Assembly (NCBI RefSeq): GCF_009914755.1
Contig: NC_060928.1
Source of the DNA: the human T2T-CHM13v2.0 reference genome, Homo sapiens
DNA length: 64,000 nucleotides
Reading direction: 5' to 3' (one strand)
Below are positions 26,060 to 39,862 of this stretch, one piece after another. The position numbers and the translations under genes were made by a program. The notes under the pieces are model-generated. The model was not told where the DNA came from, made no database searches, and saw nothing but the letters and a program-made list of their open reading frames with translations. The number at the start of each line of letters is the position of its first letter. Position 1 is the first letter of the stretch.

Positions 26060-26740
26060 GAGACTTTCCCTTCCAGCCAAAATGAAGTAACAGGAACTAA
26101 GTCTACTTTCCTGCCTAAAATGACCCCCAAAACTTAAAACAAATGCAAAAAAAAAACCTGTTGTTTGAAGAAACTGGCCATTAGACAACACAGAACCATA
26201 ATCACCGAGAGGGAAGAAACAAACTTGAGAGAGTTGCCATGCTGTGGTTTAGGAAAGGAAAAAACAGAAAAAAACTGGCAGGCTTCCTGAACTGAAGAGA
26301 TGAAGTTGAGAGTCTTGGGAGACCAAGATGGCTAGAGTTCACAGGACAAAGTACCAGAGATAAGAATGCTAAACAAAGAGAGAACTCCAAAGATCTAAAG
26401 AGAGTCCCCATTGAGTATTTTACTAAGCAAAGATCAGTTTATGGGTGTGAGGTAACTACCCAAGGCTGAAAGGAACCGTCCAAAATGATTAGAAGAAACA
26501 ATACCTGACATTCACCCAAAGCCAGGAATAGTGCATGTTTCCACCTGCTGCACTAGAAAATGTCAACATTCACGTAGCATTTGGTAGAGTACGTAGAAGT
26601 TCCTGTCTTAATAGTATAGTATAAATAGCCTCAAACACTGCTCTGGTATTGTCTAATGAATTTTAAGAGCAAGAGTAGGAAGGATCAAACTGACTCTAAG
26701 TAACTTTACTGCCCCCCAAAACAAAGTATTAAAACATTTA
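26060..26740 (+). mobile_element. Ancient L1M 5'-end fragment
   Basis: gactttcccttccagccaaaatgaagtaacagg ... ggctagagttcacaggacaaagtaccagagataagaa resembles L1MC/L1MD 5' UTR. Confidence 0.55.
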
Positions 26741-26804
26741 AGTTCTTTCGTTCTAGACCAGTATGCTTCTGGAATGTCCTGAAATCTTGTGAATTGTGTT
26801 CTAT

Positions 26805-27348
26805 ATAATAGACTGGCTTCAAAAGTGACACCAATTCATCATTTCTCTTTATATTCCTGCCTCCATATTCATGCTCCACATTCATGTCCAGGAGCTTACC
26901 CACTCCTGACCCATCCAGAGTTGGAGTCTATTTTTCCTAAGCTGGCTAATGACTTTCTTTGTTCAATAGTATGTGGCGGAAATGATAGTTTGTCATTTCC
27001 AATTCTTAACCTCAACAGTTCTTACTTGCTTACACTCTTTCTGGAAACACTGACACCACCACCATAAGAACAGGTCAGCCTGGGCTAGCCTGCTAGAGAT
27101 TGAGAGCTCATTTGGAGAATAGCCAGTTATCACAATGAGACAAGCCTAGAACATCCAACAACTAGCTGACACTAGATTCATGAGTGTTCCGTTAAGAGAA
27201 AATGAGCTGCCCGAGCAAGCGTAATCAACATCAACAGAATCCACAGTTGATCCACAGATTTGGGAGCAAAAATAAATATTAATTGTGTGTACCTGAAGTA
27301 TCATTTTTTTTGTTATGCAATATTATTGTGGCAATAGATAATAGATAG
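26805..27348 (+). mobile_element. MLT1-family MaLR LTR (old)
   Basis: ttcaatagtatgtggcggaaatgat ... gggctagcctgctagagat ... ttgttatgcaatattattgtggcaatagataa 3' end. Confidence 0.65.
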
Positions 27349-30300
27349 ATGAGTTAGATCAAAGGTCCTGATGGGAGGTGCTGCCAAGGGCTCGTGAGGG
27401 CGGAAGTTCCTCAGACATTCTGGGATACTTAGAAGATTGGCCTGCCCAGAACTCATAGAGGACCTTTAGGGGGCACTGTTGCCTAATCCACACGCTAGCT
27501 GAAGGACCAACATATTTTGCCCTTCATAATCCCACTCTATAAGAATTACAATATTTTAAAACAGAAAGGGATTTCAGTGATCAACTTATTCCATTACCTC
27601 ATTTTCCAGTAGAGAAAAGTAAGAACAGAAAGGTTACAGGTCACTGGAAGTCATACAGCAAGTTACTTACTTGGTGTCTGTTCTGCCTCACTGTAGAGGT
27701 TCTCTACTCACAAATGTGGAGGAGGCTTTAAAGAACTTAACAAGCTGCACATATTTGAGTCAGTCAAGTACTCGTAGTAGTATAATGTTAAGAAAAATTA
27801 TACAAGACTTGGACATCAGAAAAAAATACAGCATGTCCTTTCAATGTCATAATAGAGTATTGTTTAACAAGCCCACTCAAGGATTATTAAGTCTTTAGAA
27901 TAATTTACTTGAGTTTGATTTTGCCATTTAATATTTTATTAGAACCCAAACACTGTCAAGTTAACATATTCAATTATGGATTCCTGTCTAGTACAAAAGA
28001 TCATGAAAGGTTATGGTTTTATTGCCTTGTCAGACATTAAGCACTTCTGTATTTAACCTACCAGTCTTATTTTACTTTTCCTTTTAAAAAATTGCCTATA
28101 CGTAGCCATTCCTCAAAAAGATTTTGAATCCATTTTACCATCTAAGTGGGTCTCTCATTAATTAACAATTGAACCAATCTTGGAGACCTGTCCATTCATT
28201 ATTTGTATGTCATGCTTTTGACAGTTGGAAAACTATATTCTGATGATATCTACTATTGGATAAGTTATAAATATCGAAGAAATAAAATCTTACATTTGAA
28301 GAATATGCCTAGAGAAAGAGGAGAGTCTAAGCAAAAATAAAAAGAATCAGTCTAAGGTGGTTAGAAAAAAGAACAATGAAGTAAGAGACTTTTTGAGAGT
28401 GGGGTGTGCAACATGAACAGTACCAAAAAGATTACTGTCTGAAAACAAAGATCAAGTGTTTTTATTCCAGTTTAAAAGAAGTAATGAGCTAGAGTATAAA
28501 GACTGTCTTATCAATCATTGTAGATTAATGCACACAGTAGGCACCTATTTCATATTTGATAAATTGCATTAAAATGGATATCCTATAGAATCAAGATCCT
28601 TTTTCAAATTAGAAAGTGTCAAAAATTTTTATCTGATCTCCAATTTATTATTTCTTTTTCTATGGGACACATCTTTAGAATATTGCAGGTAGTGCCTAAG
28701 GCATTTAAGTTATCTTGACTCAATCCCAAGTCTGGCTGAGAATGCCTTAGAAGTTTCACTATTCTGTATATCATATCCTACATAAAGGAAAGTGGAATTA
28801 GACTGATTTGAGGCTTAAATCATTGCTCTCTGCCAAGCAGTTAAATGACACTCAAGTTATTTTTGCAGTTATGTCTCAAGTTTTACTCTGTTAAAAGTAG
28901 TCATTTTCCATGATGACAGACCACAAAAGGAATAAGGTATCTGCTGATCTATCTGGCACACGACTCACTGGGAAGAATATTCACCCAGCTTTCACATTTT
29001 GGTGCAACTAATGTGTCAGAGTGATGTTGTGTTTCGTACAGAGTGTAGAGACTTCAGTGGTTCTATCATGATTTAGCTGATGCACAGTGGTTTCGAACAA
29101 GAAAAAGCACCTAAGCTTCATTTGAATTTTAAAAAATGATTTAGTTTGAAATTACTTTGTCATTAGTCACAATAGCCTGAAGCAAGAAAAGAGATGCAAG
29201 GTGGTAGATTTAAACATTACCAACAAATTAAAGCAGCAACAGGCAAACAGGAGCAGATCCAGGCAATTCGTCAGTCATGACTGTGATCTGACACAATTTC
29301 TAAATAATTTTTATCAACTGCAAAAAAAACTCATCTCAACTTATGACTCTAGCAGCAATGAGATAAAGTGACTAAGATTAGGTCTGCAGAATGCACACAG
29401 CTACATTCATATTACTTGCTTGAGAAGCTAATGAAGTTTAATAAAATGTAACTTAATCCTTGTAAATTAAAAACTAACAAGACTGATAACGAATAGGTTT
29501 ATCTTCTAGAATATCAATGAGTCACATACTAAAAAAAAAGAATCTAGTAATATAAAGACATTTATTCAAGATCATTTGGACAGGACTTCATGGGTAAGCC
29601 ACACATCTTATTTAATAGGGAAATAAACAAATGTGGTAGAGCAGCTAGAACTAAACTCCAAGGTAATGATTTACTGAGAAATATCAACAGCATTTTTAGA
29701 ACGTGCTACACGTAGAAATTTTTAACACATCCCCTCCAAATAAACATGCTAAATATTTTATATACCAAGGCACTCTATCATATATTGAGCTCCAAAATGT
29801 AGAAACCAAAATGCTGAGTTCCCTATTTATTGTATTTAATTTCCTCCCAATGTTGGCATTTAATTCAATGTTTGTATTTCCATAAGTTACAGAAATACTA
29901 CTTTCAATATCAGGCACTGGGATAAACTTTTGTTTTCCATTTGGGATTACCAGAAAAAGAAATCTTAAAGAATCCATTCATTTTCCCTTTATATATTTAG
30001 AGTTGAGGGTTTAAAACATTAGAATTTCTTTAAGATAGGTGACTTTGTGATTACTTTTGTTTCATACTGATTCCTAGTGTTTCCTTTTTATTTGTAAATG
30101 TTTTGTATGGTAGATACATGGCTCCAATGGAGGAAACCGCTTTGTTAGAGACTTCTTTGGTCAGAGCAGAGGTTCTTAGCTTGATTAAGCAGACTTGTTC
30201 AAATGCTACCTGAAATCATGCCAGGAACTGCTTTCATCAATGCCGCCAACATAACCCTGGAGAGAAAAGAGTGCAAAGGACACTCCACTCACTTCCTCTA

Positions 30301-30499
30301 AATACAGATACTATGCTAGATGAATCTTTTCTTATTCAATGTAGAAAAGCAGTATTGTGGTCATACAAAGTGTTTATAAAAATAATCTGAGACTGGTTAA
30401 AAACTCAAAGTCTCAAACAAGCCCTATTTGCAGGAAGTGTTTTTCATTAGCTATGCCATTGCCAGTGATCCAGGGATCAGAAATTGAAAAACACTTGCT

Positions 30500-30725
30500 A
30501 AACAGTTAAAATTGTGGGCTCCCAAATAAGACAGACCTGGTTGCAAATACCGAATTTGTCATTTACTAGCTATGAGATATTCAGCAAGTTATTTAGCCTC
30601 TCAAAACCTCAAAGTCCTTGCTATAGGAGTAATAATGCTGCCTTCCTCCTAATAAATATATAAGATAATGCATGTAAGGCACTTAGCTTAATGTCTAGCA
30701 CATAGTAGGATTCAAACGAATATTA
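30500..30725 (+). mobile_element. MIR SINE
   Basis: agacagacctggttgcaaat ... atttactagctatgaga ... gcaagttatttagcctc ... gataatgcatgtaaggcacttagc. Confidence 0.7.
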
Positions 30726-30912
30726 CATAGAAAGAACCCAGCTGAAGTCACATAATAAGATTCTGCCTCCAAAAGAAAATGATATGTCACAGAAATAAAT
30801 AATTACGGGAAACAAAATTTTAGAAGACAATATTATACGTCTATGAAAATATGGCCATCATGTCTAATAATTACCAAAGCAAATGATCACTGAAGGAAAG
30901 AATAGTCTATGG

Positions 30913-31145
30913 AGTGGGAGTTGAACAATGAGAACACACGGACACAGGGAGGGGAACATCATACACTAGGGCCTGTTTGGGGTGGGGGGCTAGGGGAGGG
31001 ATAGCATTGGGAGAAATATCTAATGTAGATGACGGGTTGATGGGTGCAGGACGCCACCATGGCACGTGTATACCTATGTAACAAACCTGCACGTTCTGCA
31101 CATGCATCCCAGAACTTAAAGTATAATTTTAAAAAGTTTTTAAAA
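30913..31145 (+). mobile_element. L1PA (L1PA7-like) 3' end, heavily 5'-truncated
   Basis: L1PA 3' UTR with G-rich tract and ...cccagaacttaaagtataat tail; 16-bp TSD AAAGAATA(G/T)TCTATGG at 30897-30912 and 31146-31161. Confidence 0.92.
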
Positions 31146-31557
31146 AAAGAATATTCTATGGTGAAGTCAGTCAGGGAAAGGATGTTGCTGGTGACAATGA
31201 GAAATAAATACAAATAAATACAAAATGCAATAGAAAAATCAAAATTCATATAGGTAGTATGGGTGCGAATTAACACTAGAGTAAACCTTATAACTTATGC
31301 ATAAGACGTATGTCAAAAAGCTCTTCAGGAAAAAGTAGCAATAACAACAACAGCCAAAACAATGGTTAACTTTTCTTGAGTGATTCTTTTGCACCTGGCA
31401 CTCAGCTAACATGCTTTTAACTGAACTATCTACTACACCTAATGTCATGTGCCATGTAGGAAAGACTACAGCCACAAGTGTTTCAATGTCTAAAAAAAGA
31501 TGTGGGTTATATAAGAAGGGGATCTTGTGTACTATTCTATCAGATCACTGTTTCTTT

Positions 31558-31890
<333 letters not shown>

Positions 31891-32288
31891 CTATCAGTAA
31901 AATCCAGAAAGTGGTCATCAGGGAAACAGCACAGATTGGAGAAAGCATTGCAATCCCAACCTACAAGAATATTCATATGTCATTATGTATGAAAAGACAT
32001 ACCCATAGCATTGGCTCACAATTACAACACTGGCAACCCAGTTTGGCTGGGCCTCTTTCTAAATATATTGGAATATTTAAAAGAATTGTATCTGTGAATC
32101 TATTGGTCTGGCACGATAGTGTCACTTTTTTCCCTTTATCTCTTATGTCAATTATAGTAGTCAAAAGGACTTTCTTCAACATATAAATTGCAAGTGGGAA
32201 ATGGGGCAGTGTAGCCCACCAGACTAGGGATGGCAGAATGCAACAAATGTCAAAGGTCAAAAATGCAAATATTAAGAGGTTTTAATCA

Positions 32289-32685
32289 TTACTGTGGACT
32301 GGAATGTGTTTTCCCAAATTCATATGTTGAAAACTGAACTCTCCACATGACTATATTGGAGACAAGACCTTTAAGGAGGTGGTTAAGGTTCAGTGAAGTC
32401 ACAAAGGTGGAGCCCTGTCCCATGGAACTGGTGCCCTCATAAAAGAAAAAGAAATACCAGGTTTCTCTCTGTCTTCTCACCACCTCCACCTTTCTCCATC
32501 ATGTGCGGACGCAGTAAGAAAACAGCTATCTTCACATCAAGACAGGAATCCTCACAAGAAACCAAACCCTGTTGGAACCTTTATCTTAGACTTTCTAGCC
32601 TCCAGAACTGTGAGAAATAAATTTCTATTGTTTAAGCTAGCCTGTCTGTGCTATTTTGTTATGGCAACCTGAGGAAACTAAAAGA
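32289..32685 (+). mobile_element. MLT1A-like MaLR solo LTR
   Basis: ccaaattcatatgttgaa ... ctttaaggaggtggttaagg ... tagcctccagaactgtgagaaataaatttctattgtttaagc ... tattttgttatggca. Confidence 0.85.
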
Positions 32686-34129
32686 ATAATCTAACGTCAA
32701 TAAAATTAAATTCAAGACACACAGTCTTCCAAAATTTCTAATCTTTTTTATAGGAAAAAAACCACCTCAACGTATCACTCTTTCTTCTTTCAGGTATTTT
32801 CTTTGTTTCTAGTCTCTTCTGTTGTGCCTTCTTTACTGAGTGGGTATACTTTTCTGGTAACCCCAAAATTCTAGATAGAGCCAAGATTAAAAAATACATG
32901 CAGAAAAGCTAAAATACTTTTGACAAGAATTAAGCATTAATTTCTTTTTAATATTTTTACTTGTGGTTGATGAGAGAAAATACTTTCACACCCACTAGGT
33001 GGCATCTACATCCTCTTCCTAATTTGGTCAAAATTGCCTAGATAAGATTCCTCCAGGTAACTCTTGAGTTATTTTCAGCACCTCTTAACCCAAATCAGGG
33101 GAATTCGGTTAACTGGAGCTTTTATTTAACCTCAGAGTTTAGACATAATTTGAGCTGCTTCTTCAACCACCAAATATTTTTCCCTGAATATCTTCACCTC
33201 CCTGAATATTTTCACTCAGACAGTGAGTGATTATGACTCACTCATAATGTGAATAAGTATGTTTCTGTGTGTATGTGTGCAAGTGTACATGTGTTTTGGA
33301 TTTCAAAGCATGCATTTGTTTAAATATTGAAAAATGTAATTAACAATATAATTTATAACTTTTCTTTTTCACACTTTATATTAAGAATATTTTTAATCCT
33401 TGAAAGTGGAGTTAATATATATAGAGAGAGATCTCATAAAACATTGCAAAAGAATGCTAAATTAGATGGCCAAGTAAATTCACCTTTACAGCATCCACAT
33501 TATCCTAAGGGAATTATTTTATTCAGCTTCAATATATTCAAAAATTACATTCAAACTCAGACAATATTTGCACAATGCTTTATTCTTAATATAGACTTGA
33601 TATGAGTTGATCACAATGAAATTGTGCTATGATGAATAGCCATCCAGAAAGATTCAAGTCCATGCCAACCCTATAGGAGGCTCGCATAGCAAGTAGTCTG
33701 AGTTACAATTTCATCTACATCAGCAAAGGCAACAGGGGCACTGTCTTAAAAACAATCATTTATCAAGGTGGGATTTTCAGTATATTTTTGTTGGGGAGAA
33801 AATATTCCATAGCTCAGGAATTATAAGCCATGTACCTCTGTAAAATCATAGCTATGCAAGGTGAGGAAGTCTTTGATGAGCCAAGAACCTTGCTGAATTT
33901 GGAATTCCAATTTCCAATTCCAATTCCAATTTCAATTTCTTTGGAATTCCAGACAATGTTTGCCTACTGAACATACACATTTATAATAACTGTAATAGAT
34001 CTATTTTTAGTGAAAAATAGTTCAAGTTCCATGTTTCATCTCTTGTTGGAGTTTATTATCCAGGTCAAGTGGGTACTAGAAGATCCACAATTAAAGACAC
34101 AAGTAATAAGGTCTTATTAAAGACACTGA

Positions 34130-34390
34130 TTCAACTCATTCATTCATTCATTCATTCAACTGTTTCAAGTTATTTTGCTGGGCATTGGGAGCACAGGGGT
34201 GAAAAATAATACACTCCTTGCAATTTCTCTCAAGAATCACAAAAAAATAAACACTAAATGGTATAAAGAAAAATTAGAGGTACTAGAGAATACATTACCC
34301 AGCCTGGGAGGTGGGAAAACCTCTTTGTGGAAGTAATACTTAAGCTGAGATATTAGCAACAAGTAAGTTTTAAATAGGCAAAAGAGCTCC
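34130..34390 (-). mobile_element. L2 LINE 3' fragment
   Basis: (cattc/att)n L2 tail in reverse followed by gctgggcattggg and ttaagctgaga motifs. Confidence 0.55.
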
Positions 34391-34649
34391 TCATTCCCTT
34401 ATGGGGTGAGGGAAGAAGATGCTGTTGATATTAGAAACAATTTTTCAAAGATTTTTCTCAGTGGTATAAGGATAAGGCAGACCGATACTCTTCCTCGTCA
34501 ACAGAAATTTGAGGTTTCTTGAAGATATTCTAAATTTCCCTTCTCTTCTTACTTTTTCTTTTAAAGTGAACAATTTTATAATGCATTCTATTCTAACATA
34601 ATTAATATCTGATAATATCAATTTCCAGGCAGAAATCCTGAATCATCAT

Positions 34650-34880
34650 CAATATTTCTACAATGTATTGAGCCCTTAATATGGGCCAGGCACTACCCAA
34701 AGGGTTTTCACAAATAACCTCACATAGTTCCTACAACAACCCATGAGATAGTACTAATGTTTTCATTTTCCCAATGAGGGCACTGAAACCTAAAACGTTG
34801 AGCACCTCTCTCTCCCAGCATGATACAATTAAAATGTGTTATTCATTATTTGAATCCCAAATACATACTCTTAACCACTT
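34650..34880 (-). mobile_element. MIR SINE
   Basis: tattgagcccttaatatgggccaggcact ... acaacaacccatgagatagtac ... cattttcccaatgagggcactga. Confidence 0.7.
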
Positions 34881-36599
34881 CAAGAGGCCACCTGGAATAG
34901 AAAATATATATACTCATGGAATTAAAAATACATGCTTATGAGATTTTTTTAAAAACAGAAAAAAGTTTATCTGAAATTTGTCCACAATAACCCCTAAGTG
35001 ATCTTTGTAAACAGTTTGGATTTGACTTACATTTACATAGTTTCCATTATAAGCTAAATACTGTACTAACTTTTTTTGTATCTCACAAAAAATTTTCTCA
35101 TGATTAGAAAATCCTTTCTTCCCATTGCATGTGAAAATTGTTCTAGGTTCTTACTGATCGTTCTTACTCCCATTCATAATATTCTTTCTACTTTGATGCT
35201 TGACTGTCATGAAGTGCTTATAGATAATACTTTGTATCACAAATATCCTCTACATTCAGGCATAAATAAATATTTATAAATAGGCTTACATTTAGTTGAT
35301 TTATTCTACAGAAAACTGTATCTTAACAAGTGCAATCTAGCTGAGCAAAGTTGTATTTTTAATTGAAGACACTTTCCCTGTGAGTTATTTTAAAAATGCA
35401 TCAACGCTACTCAAAATCTGCATCTTCTATGTGATAAAAATATTTTTATGATGTTCTTCTACAAGAGGAAATCTATTCCCTATCTTTCTTCCACAAACTA
35501 TCCCTGAAATTTGGATATAGCACTTTAAAAAGCTATTTAAAAATTTACTATTCAAGATATATGGTAAAACTGATTGAAACATTTTTCCTTTGGTACATAG
35601 GATACTGAAATTTCAGCTCCATCTGTAGCCCAGAGAAGGTATCAACATGAGCTCTATCTCTTGTTTCTGATTTGAGAATGATTCTTCAATCACTCTCAAA
35701 ATTTTCTACAAATAATTAAAATTAATAAAGTTCATTTACACATTTGCCAAATTATGTATAAAGAAACTGTGTGTACACATGTATATGTAGCAGAAGAGGA
35801 TTCATTAAGTCACCTATTGTGTCAGTTTTTATATTTTTAAAATCAGTCCTCTCCCCCCTAGTCTTTACCAATGGAAGTAGTCAATTGGTCATAAAGCATA
35901 TGTTGAATTAGCCTATTAACACGATTCATTACAAATCTACTCCATCTATAGTAAAACAGCACATTAAGTCAGCAGAACAAACTCAAGTTCTACTGTGACA
36001 CCGATTGGTAGCACTTACATTGTTAAACAGACACCCCCCACTCTCAACACCCCCCAAAAAATTGCTGAAGCCATTTGGCTGTTTTCCAGAAAATAATTTA
36101 ACTTGTCCTGAAGAGTAAGCTCTAAGCTATCAGCTTATGGTTTCCAATGGGCATTATCAAAAAACATTCAACGTTTAACAAGGCTCTCAAGCTGAAACAG
36201 CTGTTCATCCAAAGTGAAACTTTTTTTAACTTTCTCTGAGTCTAGCTAATCTTACTTGAGCTAGAAAATAAGGTATTAGACTATTTTGCATGTTCTACCA
36301 CTTTATGACAAGAAAGCCAATTTTGCACTTCAGTAAAGGCAGATTGCAAATTTAGCATGAATTGAACCAGTAGCTGAGTTGCAATTTATGGCAAATGGCT
36401 CATCAGCACATTAATGTATACTGCCAATATAACCACTTCAGCCAGGCAGGCCAGAAACTAGAAGACCCAAATATCTAGTAGGCAGTAAAGGAAATGTGCT
36501 CTCTATCAACTTGTATAAAACAAATCTTAAAACCAAAACTATGAACTATCATTATCATTCATTATCATTCTTATGTTAGTACTTAAAAAAACAAAGTCA

Positions 36600-36845
36600 G
36601 AACCATAGGTTCTGAAATCAGATAGATTCAAGTTTTGGACTTCTTTGCTAGATACTAGCTTGATAACCTTGGGTAACTTATTTAGCCTTCCTGTGCTTAA
36701 GGTTTCTCCTGAGTACAGTGAGAATAATAACAATAACTACTACTTAGAGTTAGTGGTGTGGTAATTTCCATAAAGTGCTTAACACATTGCTCTAGCATAT
36801 AGTAAATGATCAATATTTGTTAAATGTTTTTATTCTATTGTTATC
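36600..36845 (+). mobile_element. MIR SINE
   Basis: ggttctgaaatcagataga ... actagctt gataaccttgggtaacttatttagcc ... taaagtgcttaacacattg. Confidence 0.7.
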
Positions 36846-37409
36846 ATTTAATATTCTAACTCAGATCTGTAGATGGCCCCTGTCAGGTAAAATATTACTA
36901 TAGAATTGTCCATTATTTCTATACTCAGATATTTGTATTTTTCAACCGAACTAAATGATAATAGTGTAACTTTCCACTTTGGTAAATGTTGGAAATGTAT
37001 GAGAGCCTGTATTTTGTGCCATGTTCAAAATTCATTTTATTTAGTTTTCCTAGGTGGACATAATCAGCATTCTTGGAGCAACACTAAGAACTAACTAAAA
37101 CTCTTACCATCTTGCCCAGATCTGCCAATTGTAAAGAGATGATTAAGAGCTCCAAGGTTTAAAAGGCTTAAAAGGTTTCCTCTGGGGGTGGTGACTGCTT
37201 CAAGAGAGGCATCAAATCAAGAATCCTGTGGATATTATTCTACTTAATATTAACAACTTAAAAATATTTGCACTTACTCAAAATATAGCATGCTAAAATT
37301 TATTTTGGGTTATAAATAAGCAAACATATATCCAGTAGGACACCAATCAGATGTCTTAAAGGCATAACATACTTTTAATTTGTTGATTCATCCAGCCATC
37401 TAGTTACTC

Positions 37410-39010
<1,601 letters not shown>

Positions 39011-39104
39011 TTGGCTTACCCAGGAGGTTACTCCACATAGGCTGGTAACTTACTGCCTTTCTCTGCCTGAGGGACATACTGCCTACAGAATCTTTATAAA
39101 CATT

Positions 39105-39255
39105 ATTTATTTATTTATATATTTTTAATGTGTAATACAGTTATGGGATACATGTGCTGTTTTGTTATATGCATAGATTGTGTAGTAGTCAAGTCAGGGC
39201 TTTTAGGGTATCCATCTCCCAAATAGCATACATTGTACCCATTAACTAATTTCTC
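39105..39255 (-). mobile_element. L1PB-like 3' end fragment
   Basis: tatgcatagattgtgtagtagtcaagtcagggcttttagggtatccatc ... tacattgtacccattaactaatttctc, reverse L1 3' UTR with T-rich tail at left. Confidence 0.7.
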
Positions 39256-39580
39256 AGTAGAATGGTGGATACCAGTGGTGGTGTGGGCCAGGGGGGAATG
39301 AGGAGATGTTGTTTAAAGGGTACAATATTTCAGTTATGTAACATGAGTAAATTCTAGAGATCAAGTGCACAGCATCGGGACTACGGTTAATCATACTGTA
39401 TTGTATACTATAAATTTGCACGAAAGTAAACGTTAAATATTCTCACCACACACAAAAAAGTATCTATGTTAAGAGATAGACATGTTGATTAGCTTGATTG
39501 TAGTAATCAGTTCACCATGTACATGTATGTCAAAACATGATGCTGCACACCTTAAATATATACATTTTCAATGTAAATAA
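39256..39580 (+). mobile_element. L1MA (MA8/9-like) 3' end fragment
   Basis: agtagaatggtggataccag ... aagggtacaatatttcagtta ... tattctcaccacacacaaaaa ... caccttaaatatataca. Confidence 0.8.
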
Positions 39581-39639
39581 CACTGCTAAGTGAACCTAAT
39601 CAACAAAAGACAGGAATTGTTAAGTACTCCAACTTCTTT

Positions 39640-39862
39640 GTCAGCCGGGGGCAGTTCTAAGGCTTGTCCCCCACATACTTTGGGAAGGTCCCAAGCATAA
39701 TGAGCACACAGTGGTAAACCCGCTCATTAATGACACTTGATTGGCTTTTCTTCTTTTCCTTCTCACTTCCCTCACAGTGCTTCTTGAGAACACCTTAAAA
39801 ATAAATTGCTTGCACACATCCTTGCAACAGAGTCTGCTCTGAGAGAAACCCAAATTAAAACA
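39640..39862 (+). mobile_element. LTR16-like ERVL LTR 3' part
   Basis: tctcacttccctcacagtgcttcttgagaacacc ... aataaattgcttgcacacatccttg ... gtctgctctgagagaaacccaaattaaaaca. Confidence 0.6.

Noticed and set aside
30979-31000. G-quadruplex-like GGGGTGGGGGGCTAGGGGAGGG
   Set aside because: Standard G-rich tract of the L1PA 3' UTR, present in very many copies genome-wide.
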